64,000 nt of DNA, taken from a plasmid. Made by a program: the position numbers and the translations under genes. Below are positions 33,390 to 44,248 of this stretch, piece by piece. Numbering within the stretch: position 1 is the stretch's first letter; every line of letters starts with the position of its first letter. The notes under the pieces are model-generated. The model had not been told where the DNA came from, searched no databases, and saw only the letters and a program-made list of their open reading frames with translations. The DNA is taken from sequence record NZ_CP069678.1. One strand, written 5' to 3'.

Positions 33390-34181
33390 TTATTTGCCGA
33401 CTACCTTGGTGATCTCGCCTTTCACGTAGTGAACAAATTCTTCCAACTGATCTGCGCGGGAGGCCAAGCGATCTTCTTCTTGTCCAAGATAAGCCTGTCT
33501 AGCTTCAAGTATGACGGGCTGATACTGGGCCGGCAGGCGCTCCATTGCCCAGTCGGCAGCGACATCCTTCGGCGCGATTTTGCCGGTTACTGCGCTGTAC
33601 CAAATGCGGGACAACGTAAGCACTACATTTCGCTCATCGCCAGCCCAGTCGGGCGGCGAGTTCCATAGCGTTAAGGTTTCATTTAGCGCCTCAAATAGAT
33701 CCTGTTCAGGAACCGGATCAAAGAGTTCCTCCGCCGCTGGACCTACCAAGGCAACGCTATGTTCTCTTGCTTTTGTCAGCAAGATAGCCAGATCAATGTC
33801 GATCGTGGCTGGCTCGAAGATACCTGCAAGAATGTCATTGCGCTGCCATTCTCCAAATTGCAGTTCGCGCTTAGCTGGATAACGCCACGGAATGATGTCG
33901 TCGTGCACAACAATGGTGACTTCTACAGCGCGGAGAATCTCGCTCTCTCCAGGGGAAGCCGAAGTTTCCAAAAGGTCGTTGATCAAAGCTCGCCGCGTTG
34001 TTTCATCAAGCCTTACGGTCACCGTAACCAGCAAATCAATATCACTGTGTGGCTTCAGGCCGCCATCCACTGCGGAGCCGTACAAATGTACGGCCAGCAA
34101 CGTCGGTTCGAGATGGCGCTCGATGACGCCAACTACCTCTGATAGTTGAGTCGATACTTCGGCGATCACCGCTTCCCTCAT
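33390..34181 (-). CDS. aadA1: Aminoglycoside (3'')(9) adenylyltransferase AadA1 (263 aa)
   Basis: MREAVIAEVSTQLSEVVGVIERHLEPTLLAVHLYGSAVDGGLKPHSDIDLLVTV… The ORF-track start lies further upstream. Confidence 0.9.
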   Translation of the reverse strand: MREAVIAEVSTQLSEVVGVIERHLEPTLLAVHLYGSAVDGGLKPHSDIDLLVTVTVRLDETTRRALINDLLETSASPGESEILRAVEVTIVVHDDIIPWRYPAKRELQFGEWQRNDILAGIFEPATIDIDLAILLTKAREHSVALVGPAAEELFDPVPEQDLFEALNETLTLWNSPPDWAGDERNVVLTLSRIWYSAVTGKIAPKDVAADWAMERLPAQYQPVILEARQAYLGQEEDRLASRADQLEEFVHYVKGEITKVVGK

Positions 34182-34273
34182 GATGTTTAACGCCTGGCAC
34201 AGCGGATCGCAAACCTGGCGCGGCTTTTGGTACAAAAGGCGTGACAGGTTTGCGAATCCGTTGCTGCCACTTG

Positions 34274-34747
34274 TTAACCCTTTTGCCAGATTTGGTAACT
34301 ATAATTTATGTTAGAGGCGAAGTCTTGGGTAAAAACTGGCCTAAAATTGCTGGGGATTTCAGGAAAGTAAACATCACCTTCCGGCTCGATGTCTATTGTA
34401 GATATATGTAGTGTATCTACTTGATCGATCAGGCTTTTGTATATCTCCCCACCACCTGAAACAATGACATGATCCGTTATTTTCTTTAGGTTGGTTAAAG
34501 CATCTTTAATTGATGGAAAGATCACTACGTTCTCATTGTCAGATGTAAAACTTGAACGTGTTACGACCGCATACTTTCGGTTGGGTAATGCTCCCATTGA
34601 TTCAAAAGTCTTGCGTCCAACCAACAGCCATTGGTTATAGGTAATAGCTTTAAACAGGAGCTGTTCACCTTTGGCACTCCATGGAATATCAGGGCCATTC
34701 CCGATAACTCCATTCTTCGATATAGCTACCATTAGTGATAGTTTCAC
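34274..34747 (-). CDS. dfrA1: Trimethoprim-resistant dihydrofolate reductase DfrA1 (157 aa)
   Basis: [52 protein letters not shown]… First cassette next to attI1. Confidence 0.9.
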   Translation of the reverse strand: MKLSLMVAISKNGVIGNGPDIPWSAKGEQLLFKAITYNQWLLVGRKTFESMGALPNRKYAVVTRSSFTSDNENVVIFPSIKDALTNLKKITDHVIVSGGGEIYKSLIDQVDTLHISTIDIEPEGDVYFPEIPSNFRPVFTQDFASNINYSYQIWQKG

Positions 34748-34830
34748 AATTCTTCCTCAGAGGTTAACTTTGTTTTAGGGCGACTGCCCTGCTGCGTAAC
34801 ATCGTTGCTGCTCCATAACATCAAACATCG
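34748..34830. other. attI1 recombination site
   Basis: Region between the dfrA1 start and the intI1-proximal sequence (…gttaactttgttttagggcgactgccctgctgcgtaacatcgttgct…). Confidence 0.5.
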
Positions 34831-34902
34831 ACCCACGGCGTAACGCGCTTGCTGCTTGGATGCCCGAGGCATAGACTGTACAAAAAACAGTCATAACAAG
34901 CC

Positions 34903-35916
34903 ATGAAAACCGCCACTGCGCCGTTACCACCGCTGCGTTCGGTCAAGGTTCTGGACCAGTTGCGTGAGCGCATACGCTACTTGCATTACAGCTTACGAAC
35001 CGAACAGGCTTATGTCCACTGGGTTCGTGCCTTCATCCGTTTCCACGGTGTGCGTCACCCGGCAACCTTGGGCAGCAGCGAAGTCGAGGCATTTCTGTCC
35101 TGGCTGGCGAACGAGCGCAAGGTTTCGGTCTCCACGCATCGTCAGGCATTGGCGGCCTTGCTGTTCTTCTACGGCAAGGTGCTGTGCACGGATCTGCCCT
35201 GGCTTCAGGAGATCGGAAGACCTCGGCCGTCGCGGCGCTTGCCGGTGGTGCTGACCCCGGATGAAGTGGTTCGCATCCTCGGTTTTCTGGAAGGCGAGCA
35301 TCGTTTGTTCGCCCAGCTTCTGTATGGAACGGGCATGCGGATCAGTGAGGGTTTGCAACTGCGGGTCAAGGATCTGGATTTCGATCACGGCACGATCATC
35401 GTGCGGGAGGGCAAGGGCTCCAAGGATCGGGCCTTGATGTTACCCGAGAGCTTGGCACCCAGCCTGCGCGAGCAGCTGTCGCGTGCACGGGCATGGTGGC
35501 TGAAGGACCAGGCCGAGGGCCGCAGCGGCGTTGCGCTTCCCGACGCCCTTGAGCGGAAGTATCCGCGCGCCGGGCATTCCTGGCCGTGGTTCTGGGTTTT
35601 TGCGCAGCACACGCATTCGACCGATCCACGGAGCGGTGTCGTGCGTCGCCATCACATGTATGACCAGACCTTTCAGCGCGCCTTCAAACGTGCCGTAGAA
35701 CAAGCAGGCATCACGAAGCCCGCCACACCGCACACCCTCCGCCACTCGTTCGCGACGGCCTTGCTCCGCAGCGGTTACGACATTCGAACCGTGCAGGATC
35801 TGCTCGGCCATTCCGACGTCTCTACGACGATGATTTACACGCATGTGCTGAAAGTTGGCGGTGCCGGAGTGCGCTCACCGCTTGATGCGCTGCCGCCCCT
35901 CACTAGTGAGAGGTAG
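34903..35916 (+). CDS. intI1: Class 1 integron integrase IntI1 (337 aa)
   Basis: [49 protein letters not shown]… tyrosine recombinase. Confidence 0.95.
34990..35018 (-). promoter_or_regulatory. Cassette promoter Pc, weak variant PcW (TGGACA, 17 bp, TAAGCT)
   Basis: Read on the minus strand: TGGACATAAGCCTGTTCGGTTCGTAAGCT, within the 5' end of intI1. Confidence 0.6.
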
Positions 35917-36093
35917 GGCAGCGCAAGTCAATCCTGGCGGATTCACTACCCCTGCGCGAAGGCCATCGGTGCCGCATCGAACGGCCGGTTGCGGAAAGTC
36001 CTCCCTGCGTCCGCTGATGGCCGGCAGCAGCCCGTCGTTGCCTGATGGATCCAACCCCTCCGCTGCTATAGTGCAGTCGGCTTCTGACGTTCA

Positions 36094-36118
36094 GTGCAGC
36101 CGTCTTCTGAAAACGACA
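36094..36118. repeat. Class 1 integron inverted repeat IRi
   Basis: Reverse complement of TGTCGTTTTCAGAAGACGGCTGCAC. Confidence 0.75.
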
Positions 36119-36469
36119 ATGGAGGTGGTAGCCGAGGGTGTGGAAACACCCGACTGCCTTGCGTGGTTGCGGCAGGCGGGTTGCGACACGGTGCAGGGTT
36201 TCCTGTTCGCCAGGCCGATGCCGGCGGCGGCCTTCGTCGGCTTCGTCAACCAATGGAGGAACACCACCATGAACGCCAATGAACCGAGCACCAGTTGCTG
36301 CGTGTGCTGCAAGGAAATCCCGCTCGATGCCGCCTTCACGCCGGAAGGGGCCGAGTACGTGGAGCATTTCTGCGGGCTGGAGTGCTATCAGCGCTTCCAG
36401 GCGCGGGCCAGCACTGCGACCGAAACCAGCGTCAAACCGGACGCTTGTGATTCGCCGCCGTCAGGTTGA
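36119..36469 (+). CDS. tnpM: tnpM (3' end of urf2M) of Tn21, 116 aa
   Basis: [42 protein letters not shown]… begins immediately at IRi, as in Tn21. Confidence 0.7.
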
Positions 36470-36644
36470 GGCATACCCTAACTTGATGTCAGGCAGGGCC
36501 GCGCCGCTTCGTCAGAATAGAGTCTGCTTTCCCATTTTTTGACACATGCCCGCGAAGGTTATAGATTTCAGCCTGACAGAAATGGGCTTTGAGGCACAAC
36601 GGAACAGAAAGTGCACTTAAGCCGCCTTCAACCAAGGAGACATC
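36470..36644. promoter_or_regulatory. Tn21-subfamily res region upstream of tnpR
   Basis: Position between tnpM and tnpR. Likely crossover point between Tn21 and Tn1721 backbones. Confidence 0.45.
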
Positions 36645-37205
36645 GTGCAGGGGCACCGCATCGGCTACGTCCGGGTCAGCAGCTTTGACCAGAACCCGGA
36701 ACGCCAGCTGGAACAAACCCAGGTGAGCAAGGTGTTCACCGACAAGGCATCGGGCAAGGACACCCAGCGCCCCCAGCTCGAAGCGCTGCTGAGCTTCGTC
36801 CGCGAAGGCGATACAGTGGTGGTGCACAGCATGGATCGGCTGGCCCGCAACCTCGATGACCTGCGTCGCTTGGTACAGAAGCTGACTCAGCGCGGCGTGC
36901 GCATCGAGTTCCTGAAGGAGGGCCTGGTGTTCACTGGCGAGGACTCGCCGATGGCCAACCTGATGCTGTCGGTGATGGGGGCCTTCGCTGAGTTCGAGCG
37001 CGCCCTGATCCGCGAGCGGCAGCGTGAGGGCATCGCCTTGGCCAAGCAGCGTGGCGCGTACCGGGGCCGCAAGAAAGCCCTGTCCGATGAGCAGGCTGCT
37101 ACCCTGCGGCAGCGAGCGACGGCCGGCGAGCCCAAGGCGCAGCTTGCCCGCGAGTTCAACATCAGCCGGGAAACCCTCTACCAGTACCTCCGCACGGACG
37201 ACTGA
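36645..37205 (+). CDS. tnpR: Tn21-subfamily (Tn1721-type) resolvase TnpR (186 aa)
   Basis: MQGHRIGYVRVSSFDQNPERQLEQTQVSKVFTDKASGKDTQRP… serine recombinase. Confidence 0.9.
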   Translation: MQGHRIGYVRVSSFDQNPERQLEQTQVSKVFTDKASGKDTQRPQLEALLSFVREGDTVVVHSMDRLARNLDDLRRLVQKLTQRGVRIEFLKEGLVFTGEDSPMANLMLSVMGAFAEFERALIRERQREGIALAKQRGAYRGRKKALSDEQAATLRQRATAGEPKAQLAREFNISRETLYQYLRTDD

Positions 37206-37208
37206 CAC

Positions 37209-40175
37209 ATGCCGCGTCGCTTGATCCTCTCGGCCACGGAGCGGGACACCCTGCTTGCGCTGCCGGAAAGCCAGGATGACCTGATCCGCTACTACACCTT
37301 CAACGACTCCGACCTGTCGCTGATCCGCCAGCGACGCGGCGACGCCAACCGCCTCGGCTTCGCCGTGCAGCTCTGCCTGCTGCGCTACCCCGGTTACGCG
37401 CTGGGAACCGACAGCGAGCTGCCCGAGCCGGTCATCCTGTGGGTGGCGAAGCAAGTCCAGGCCGAGCCGGCGAGCTGGGCAAAGTACGGCGAGCGCGACG
37501 TGACCCGTCGCGAGCATGCCCAGGAACTGCGCACCTACCTGCAACTGGCCCCGTTCGGCCTGTCCGACTTCCGCGCCCTGGTGCGCGAGCTAACCGAGCT
37601 GGCCCAGCAGACCGACAAAGGCTTGCTGCTGGCCGGTCAGGCCCTGGAGAGCCTACGGCAGAAACGACGCATCCTGCCGGCGCTGAGCGTGATTGACCGG
37701 GCCTGCTCGGAAGCCATTGCGCGAGCCAATCGGCGGGTCTACCGCGCCCTGGTCGAACCACTCACGGACTCGCATCGGGCCAAGCTGGACGAGCTGTTGA
37801 AGCTCAAGGCCGGCAGCAGCATCACCTGGTTGACCTGGCTGCGCCAGGCACCGCTGAAACCCAACTCTCGGCACATGCTGGAACACATCGAGCGGCTGAA
37901 GACATTTCAGTTGGTGGACTTGCCCGAAGGCCTGGGCCGGCACATCCACCAGAACCGCCTGCTCAAGCTGGCCCGCGAGGGTGGGCAGATGACGCCCAAA
38001 GACCTCGGTAAGTTCGAGCCGCAGCGCCGCTACGCGACCCTGGCCGCCGTGGTGCTGGAGAGCACCGCGACCGTGATCGATGAGCTGGTCGATCTGCATG
38101 ACCGCATCCTGGTCAAGCTGTTCAGCGGCGCGAAGCACAAGCATCAGCAGCAGTTCCAGAAGCAGGGCAAGGCGATCAACGACAAGGTGCGCCTGTACTC
38201 CAGGATCGGCCAGGCGCTGCTGGAAGCGAAGGAAAGCGGCAGCGACCCCTATGCCGCCATCGAGGCGGTGATTCCCTGGGACGAGTTCACCGAGAGCGTC
38301 AGCGAGGCCGAGCTGCTGGCCCGGCCGGAAGGCTTCGACCACCTGCACCTGGTCGGCGAGAACTTCGCCACCCTGCGCCGTTACACGCCGGCCTTGCTGG
38401 AGGTGCTGGAACTGCGCGCCGCGCCGGCCGCGCAAGGCGTGCTGGCAGCCGTGCAGACCCTGCGTGAGATGAACGCCGACAACCTGCGCAAGGTGCCGGC
38501 CGATGCACCCACGGCCTTCATCAAGCCGCGCTGGAAGCCGCTGGTGATCACCCCGGAAGGCCTCGACCGGAAATTCTACGAAATCTGCGCCCTGTCCGAG
38601 CTGAAGAACGCCCTGCGCTCCGGCGACATCTGGGTCAAGGGCTCGCGGCAGTTCCGCGACTTCGACGACTACCTGCTGCCGGCCGAGAAGTTCGCCGCAC
38701 TCAAGCGCGAGCAGGCCCTGCCCCTGGCGATCAACCCGAACAGCGACCAGTACCTGGAAGAGCGTTTGCAGCTGCTGGACGAGCAGTTGGCCACCGTCAC
38801 CCGCCTGGCCAAGGACAACGAGCTGCCCGATGCCATCCTCACCGAGTCAGGGCTGAAAATCACCCCGCTGGATGCGGCGGTGCCGGATCGGGCGCAGGCG
38901 CTGATCGACCAAACCAGCCAGTTACTGCCGCGCATCAAGATCACCGAACTGCTGATGGACGTGGACGACTGGACGGGCTTCAGCCGCCACTTCACCCACT
39001 TGAAGGACGGGGCCGAGGCCAAAGACAGGACGTTGCTGCTGTCCGCAATCCTCGGTGATGCGATCAACCTCGGGCTGACCAAGATGGCCGAGTCGAGCCC
39101 CGGCCTGACCTACGCCAAGCTGTCCTGGCTGCAAGCCTGGCACATCCGCGACGAAACCTATTCGGCGGCCTTGGCCGAGCTGGTCAACCACCAGTATCGC
39201 CACGCCTTTGCCGCCCACTGGGGCGACGGCACGACCTCATCCTCCGATGGCCAGCGCTTCCGCGCGGGTGGCCGGGGCGAGAGCACCGGGCACGTCAACC
39301 CGAAGTACGGTAGCGAGCCGGGACGGCTGTTCTATACCCATATCTCCGACCAGTACGCGCCGTTCAGCACCCGCGTGGTGAATGTCGGCGTCCGCGATTC
39401 CACCTATGTGCTCGACGGCCTGCTGTACCACGAGTCCGACCTGCGGATCGAGGAGCACTACACCGACACGGCCGGCTTCACCGATCACGTCTTTGCCCTG
39501 ATGCACCTGCTAGGCTTCCGCTTCGCGCCGCGCATCCGCGACCTCGGCGAAACCAAGCTGTACGTGCCGCAGGGCGTGCAAGCCTACCCGACGTTGCGCC
39601 CGCTGATCGGCGGCACCCTGAACATCAAGCACGTGCGTGCCCACTGGGACGACATCCTGCGCCTGGCCAGCTCGATCAAGCAGGGCACCGTCACCGCCTC
39701 GCTGATGCTGCGCAAGCTCGGCAGCTACCCGCGCCAGAACGGACTGGCCGTGGCCCTGCGCGAGCTGGGCCGGATCGAGCGCACGCTGTTCATCCTGGAC
39801 TGGCTGCAAAGTGTTGAACTGCGCCGCCGCGTGCATGCCGGCCTGAACAAAGGTGAGGCGCGCAACTCGCTGGCCAGGGCGGTGTTCTTCAACCGCCTTG
39901 GGGAAATCAGGGATCGGAGCTTCGAGCAGCAGCGCTACCGGGCCAGCGGCCTCAACCTGGTGACGGCGGCTATCGTGCTGTGGAACACGGTGTACCTGGA
40001 ACGCGCCACCCAGGGGTTGGTCGAGGCCGGCAAGCCGGTGGACGGCGAGCTGCTGCAATTCCTGTCGCCGCTGGGCTGGGAGCACATCAACCTAACCGGC
40101 GATTACGTCTGGCGGCAGAGCCGCAGACTGGAAGACGGGAAGTTTCGGCCCTTACGGATGCCCGGAAAACCTTAG
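37209..40175 (+). CDS. tnpA: Tn21-subfamily (Tn1721-type) transposase TnpA (988 aa)
   Basis: Full-length Tn3-family transposase that terminates inside a 38-bp IR of Tn1721 type. Confidence 0.92.
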   Translation: MPRRLILSATERDTLLALPESQDDLIRYYTFNDSDLSLIRQRRGDANRLGFAVQLCLLRYPGYALGTDSELPEPVILWVAKQVQAEPASWAKYGERDVTRREHAQELRTYLQLAPFGLSDFRALVRELTELAQQTDKGLLLAGQALESLRQKRRILPALSVIDRACSEAIARANRRVYRALVEPLTDSHRAKLDELLKLKAGSSITWLTWLRQAPLKPNSRHMLEHIERLKTFQLVDLPEGLGRHIHQNRLLKLAREGGQMTPKDLGKFEPQRRYATLAAVVLESTATVIDELVDLHDRILVKLFSGAKHKHQQQFQKQGKAINDKVRLYSRIGQALLEAKESGSDPYAAIEAVIPWDEFTESVSEAELLARPEGFDHLHLVGENFATLRRYTPALLEVLELRAAPAAQGVLAAVQTLREMNADNLRKVPADAPTAFIKPRWKPLVITPEGLDRKFYEICALSELKNALRSGDIWVKGSRQFRDFDDYLLPAEKFAALKREQALPLAINPNSDQYLEERLQLLDEQLATVTRLAKDNELPDAILTESGLKITPLDAAVPDRAQALIDQTSQLLPRIKITELLMDVDDWTGFSRHFTHLKDGAEAKDRTLLLSAILGDAINLGLTKMAESSPGLTYAKLSWLQAWHIRDETYSAALAELVNHQYRHAFAAHWGDGTTSSSDGQRFRAGGRGESTGHVNPKYGSEPGRLFYTHISDQYAPFSTRVVNVGVRDSTYVLDGLLYHESDLRIEEHYTDTAGFTDHVFALMHLLGFRFAPRIRDLGETKLYVPQGVQAYPTLRPLIGGTLNIKHVRAHWDDILRLASSIKQGTVTASLMLRKLGSYPRQNGLAVALRELGRIERTLFILDWLQSVELRRRVHAGLNKGEARNSLARAVFFNRLGEIRDRSFEQQRYRASGLNLVTAAIVLWNTVYLERATQGLVEAGKPVDGELLQFLSPLGWEHINLTGDYVWRQSRRLEDGKFRPLRMPGKP

Positions 40176-40208
40176 CGTACGATTTTTTCCGAATTCTGCG
40201 GGCTCCCC
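40171..40208. repeat. 38-bp terminal IR of Tn1721 type (IRR-I)
   Basis: Reverse complement GGGGAGCCCGCAGAATTCGGAAAAAATCGTACGCTAAG. Confidence 0.7.
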
Positions 40209-40506
40209 TATCTCATCTGCGCAAGGCAGAACGTGAAGACGGCCGCCCCGGACCTCGCCCGCGAGCGCCAGGCGCACGAGGCCGGCGCGCGGACCCGCGC
40301 CACGGCCCACGAGCGGACGCCGCAGCAGGAGCGCCAGAAGGCCGCCAGAGAGGCCGAGCGCGGCCGTGAGGCTTGGACGCTAGGGCAGGGCATGAAAAAG
40401 CCCGTAGCGGGCTGCTACGGGCGTCTGACGCGGTGGAAAGGGGGAGGGGATGTTGTCTACATGGCTCTGCTGTAGTGAGTGGGTTGCGCTCCGGCAGCGG
40501 TCCTGA

Positions 40507-41157
40507 TCAATCGTCACCCTTTCTCGGTCCTTCAACGTTCCTGACAACGAGCCTCCTTTTCGCCAATCCATCGACAATCACCGCGAGTCCCTGCTCGAAC
40601 GCTGCGTCCGGATCGGCTTCGTCGAAGGCGTCTATCGCGGCCCGCAACAGCGGCGAGAGCGGAGCCTGTTCAACGGTGCCGCCGCGCTCGCCGGCATCGC
40701 TGTCGCCGGCCTGCTCCTCAAGCACGGCCCCAACAGTGAAGTAGCTGATTGTCATCAGCGCATTGACGGCGTCCCCGGCCGAAAAACCCGCCTCGCAGAG
40801 GAAGCGAAGCTGCGCGTCGGCCGTTTCCATCTGCGGTGCGCCCGGTCGCGTGCCGGCATGGATGCGCGCGCCATCGCGGTAGGCGAGCAGCGCCTGCCTG
40901 AAGCTGCGGGCATTCCCGATCAGAAATGAGCGCCAGTCGTCGTCGGCTCTCGGCACCGAATGCGTATGATTCTCCGCCAGCATGGCTTCGGCCAGTGCGT
41001 CGAGCAGCGCCCGCTTGTTCCTGAAGTGCCAGTAAAGCGCCGGCTGCTGAACCCCCAACCGTTCCGCCAGTTTGCGTGTCGTCAGACCGTCTACGCCGAC
41101 CTCGTTCAACAGGTCCAGGGCGGCACGGATCACTGTATTCGGCTGCAACTTTGTCAT
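40507..41157 (-). CDS. tetR(A): Tetracycline repressor TetR, class A (216 aa)
   Basis: MTKLQPNTVIRAALDLLNEVGVDGLTTRKLAERLGVQQPALYWHF… Divergent from tetA. Confidence 0.92.
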   Translation of the reverse strand: MTKLQPNTVIRAALDLLNEVGVDGLTTRKLAERLGVQQPALYWHFRNKRALLDALAEAMLAENHTHSVPRADDDWRSFLIGNARSFRQALLAYRDGARIHAGTRPGAPQMETADAQLRFLCEAGFSAGDAVNALMTISYFTVGAVLEEQAGDSDAGERGGTVEQAPLSPLLRAAIDAFDEADPDAAFEQGLAVIVDGLAKRRLVVRNVEGPRKGDD

Positions 41158-41262
41158 GCTTGACACTTTATCACTGATAAACATAATATGTCCACCAACT
41201 TATCAGTGATAAAGAATCCGCGCGTTCAATCGGACCAGCGGAGGCTGCTCCGGAGGCCAGAC

Positions 41263-42462
41263 GTGAAACCCAACAGACCCCTGATCGTAATTCTGAGCAC
41301 TGTCGCGCTCGACGCTGTCGGCATCGGCCTGATTATGCCGGTGCTGCCGGGCCTCCTGCGCGATCTGGTTCACTCGAACGACGTCACCGCCCACTATGGC
41401 ATTCTGCTGGCGCTGTATGCGTTGATGCAATTTGCCTGCGCACCTGTGCTGGGCGCGCTGTCGGATCGTTTCGGGCGGCGGCCGGTCTTGCTCGTCTCGC
41501 TGGCCGGCGCTGCTGTCGACTACGCCATCATGGCGACGACGCCTTTCCTTTGGGTTCTCTATATCGGGCGGATCGTGGCCGGCATCACCGGGGCGACTGG
41601 GGCGGTAGCCGGCGCTTATATTGCCGATATCACTGATGGCGATGAGCGCGCGCGGCACTTCGGCTTCATGAGCGCCTGTTTCGGGTTCGGGATGGTCGCG
41701 GGACCTGTGCTCGGTGGGCTGATGGGCGGTTTCTCCCCCCACGCTCCGTTCTTCGCCGCGGCAGCCTTGAACGGCCTCAATTTCCTGACGGGCTGTTTCC
41801 TTTTGCCGGAGTCGCACAAAGGCGAACGCCGGCCGTTACGCCGGGAGGCTCTCAACCCGCTCGCTTCGTTCCGGTGGGCCCGGGGCATGACCGTCGTCGC
41901 CGCCCTGATGGCGGTCTTCTTCATCATGCAACTTGTCGGACAGGTGCCGGCCGCGCTTTGGGTCATTTTCGGCGAGGATCGCTTTCACTGGGACGCGACC
42001 ACGATCGGCATTTCGCTTGCCGCATTTGGCATTCTGCATTCACTCGCCCAGGCAATGATCACCGGCCCTGTAGCCGCCCGGCTCGGCGAAAGGCGGGCAC
42101 TCATGCTCGGAATGATTGCCGACGGCACAGGCTACATCCTGCTTGCCTTCGCGACACGGGGATGGATGGCGTTCCCGATCATGGTCCTGCTTGCTTCGGG
42201 TGGCATCGGAATGCCGGCGCTGCAAGCAATGTTGTCCAGGCAGGTGGATGAGGAACGTCAGGGGCAGCTGCAAGGCTCACTGGCGGCGCTCACCAGCCTG
42301 ACCTCGATCGTCGGACCCCTCCTCTTCACGGCGATCTATGCGGCTTCTATAACAACGTGGAACGGGTGGGCATGGATTGCAGGCGCTGCCCTCTACTTGC
42401 TCTGCCTGCCGGCGCTGCGTCGCGGGCTTTGGAGCGGCGCAGGGCAACGAGCCGATCGCTGA
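41263..42462 (+). CDS. tet(A): Tetracycline efflux MFS transporter TetA, class A (399 aa, GTG start)
   Basis: VKPNRPLIVILSTVALDAVGIGLIMPVLPGLLRDL… 12-TM MFS. The ORF-track start lies upstream. Confidence 0.92.
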   Translation: MKPNRPLIVILSTVALDAVGIGLIMPVLPGLLRDLVHSNDVTAHYGILLALYALMQFACAPVLGALSDRFGRRPVLLVSLAGAAVDYAIMATTPFLWVLYIGRIVAGITGATGAVAGAYIADITDGDERARHFGFMSACFGFGMVAGPVLGGLMGGFSPHAPFFAAAALNGLNFLTGCFLLPESHKGERRPLRREALNPLASFRWARGMTVVAALMAVFFIMQLVGQVPAALWVIFGEDRFHWDATTIGISLAAFGILHSLAQAMITGPVAARLGERRALMLGMIADGTGYILLAFATRGWMAFPIMVLLASGGIGMPALQAMLSRQVDEERQGQLQGSLAALTSLTSIVGPLLFTAIYAASITTWNGWAWIAGAALYLLCLPALRRGLWSGAGQRADR

Positions 42463-42493
42463 TCGTGGAAACGATAGGCCTATGCCATGCGGG

Positions 42494-43378
42494 TCAAGGC
42501 GACTTCCGGCAAGCTATACGCGCCCTAGGAGTGCGGTTGGAACGTTGGCCCAGCCAGATACTCCCGATCACGAGCAGGACGCCGATGATTTGAAGCGCAC
42601 TCAGCGTCTGATCCAAGAACAACCATCCTAGCAACACGGCGGTCCCCGGGCTGAGAAAGCCCAGTAAGGAAACAACTGTAGGTTCGAGTCGCGAGATCCC
42701 CCGGAACCAAAGGAAGTAGGTTAAACCCGCTCCGATCAGGCCGAGCCACGCCAGGCCGAGAACATTGGTTCCTGTAGGCATCGGGATTGGCGGATCAAAC
42801 ACTAAAGCTACTGGAACGAGCAGAAGTCCTCCGGCCGCCAGTTGCCAGGCGGTAAAGGTGAGCAGAGGCACGGGAGGTTGCCACTTGCGGGTCAGCACGG
42901 TTCCGAACGCCATGGAAACCGCCCCCGCCAGGCCCGCTGCGACGCCGACAGGATCTAGCGCTGCGTTTGGTGTCAACACCAACAGCGCCACGCCCGCAGT
43001 TCCGCAAATAGCCCCCAGGACCGCCATCAATCGTATCGGGCTACCTAGCAGAGCGGCAGAGATGAACACGACCATCAGCGGCTGCACAGCGCCTACCGTC
43101 GCCGCGACCCCGCCCGGCAGGCGGTAGACCGAAATAAACAACAAGCTCCAGAATAGCGAAATATTAAGTGCGCCGAGGATGAAGATGCGCATCCACCAGA
43201 TTCCCGTTGGAATCTGTCGGACGATCATCACGAGCAATAAACCCGCCGGCAACGCCCGCAGCATCGCGACCGTCATCGGTGAGAAGTTCGGCAGGTATTG
43301 GGTGGTGACAATGTAGGTGCTGCCCCAAATGGCAGGTGCTATCGCTGTGAACAATAAATCGGGCGTGCGTAATGACAT
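42494..43378 (-). CDS. pecM: EamA/PecM-family transporter of the Tn1721 tet region
   Basis: 294-aa 10-TM DMT-superfamily protein, convergent with tetA as in Tn1721. Confidence 0.85.
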   Translation of the reverse strand: MSLRTPDLLFTAIAPAIWGSTYIVTTQYLPNFSPMTVAMLRALPAGLLLVMIVRQIPTGIWWMRIFILGALNISLFWSLLFISVYRLPGGVAATVGAVQPLMVVFISAALLGSPIRLMAVLGAICGTAGVALLVLTPNAALDPVGVAAGLAGAVSMAFGTVLTRKWQPPVPLLTFTAWQLAAGGLLLVPVALVFDPPIPMPTGTNVLGLAWLGLIGAGLTYFLWFRGISRLEPTVVSLLGFLSPGTAVLLGWLFLDQTLSALQIIGVLLVIGSIWLGQRSNRTPRARIACRKSP

Positions 43379-43515
43379 GCGATTACAAGACCTCCGCTAC
43401 GGCGATGGGTTTTTGAGAGTTGCAGGCGCCGCGATGACCGCACCCTGACTTGGACTGGCCCTGCCTCGCACCAATCCACCTGCGGCTATGGCCGCGATCA
43501 TGCGAGGCCCGAAAA

Positions 43516-43850
43516 TTACACGACCTGTACACGTCCGCCGAACCCGGAACGCAACAGAGCTTCGTGGGCATCCCGATCCGGGTCGTAGCAGCAGTCCTGG
43601 ACCAAACGCACGTCGTAGTCCGCATCACTAGCCCAGGCGACGCTTGAAAGAACAACGCCGGTGGTGCTTATCCCGGCCATGACAAGCGTGCTTACGCCGC
43701 GCGTCCGAAGGTCGGCGTCGAGCGCCGTGCCATAAAAGACGCTGGCTCGCGGACATGCATAGAAAAGGTCGCCCCGTTCGATCGCAAGCCCTTCGACGGG
43801 CAGACCGGTGCGAAATCGTCCGCTCGGGAGATACGGTGAGATTTGGCGAT
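43516..43850 (-). pseudogene. Isochorismatase-family hydrolase, C-terminal fragment
   Basis: …GDLFYACPRASVFYGTALDADLRTRGVSTLVMAGISTTGVVLSSVAWASDADYDVRLVQDCCYD… cysteine-hydrolase fold. The upstream part of the ORF is not protein-like. Confidence 0.4.
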
Positions 43851-43905
43851 TCGTCGCCGGCGGCGCATGTTCATACTCTTCGCCGAGCGAAAAGTTGGGG
43901 AACAG

Positions 43906-44248
43906 CACGGGCCGGCCGCGCAAGGCGTGCTGGCAGCCGTGCAGACCCTGCGTGAGATGAACGCCGACAACCTGCGCAAGGTGCCGGCCGATGCACCCAC
44001 GGCCTTCATCAAGCCGCGCTGGAAGCCGCTGGTGATCACCCCGGAAGGCCTCGACCGGAAATTCTACGAAATCTGCGCCCTGTCCGAGCTGAAGAACGCC
44101 CTGCGCTCCGGCGACATCTGGGTCAAGGGCTCGCGGCAGTTCCGCGACTTCGACGACTACCTGCTGCCGGCCGAGAAGTTCGCCGCACTCAAGCGCGAGC
44201 AGGCCCTGCCCCTGGCGATCAACCCGAACAGCGACCAGTACCTGGAAG
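43906..44248 (+). pseudogene. Duplicated internal tnpA fragment (start of the Tn1721 tet-region tnpA' repeat), cut by IS26
   Basis: 343 bp identical to 38423-38763 within tnpA. The frame ends …[10 protein letters not shown] at the IS26 IR. Confidence 0.8.

Noticed and set aside
36489-37544. 351-aa minus-strand ORF overlapping tnpR and the start of tnpA
   Set aside because: Antisense to two strongly supported genes. The composition-driven open frame in GC-rich Tn21-family DNA has no recognisable domain.
40209-40506. ORFs of 61-129 aa between the Tn1721 IR and tetR
   Set aside because: GC-rich non-coding spacer of the Tn1721 tet region. The translations are low-complexity Arg/Ala runs.
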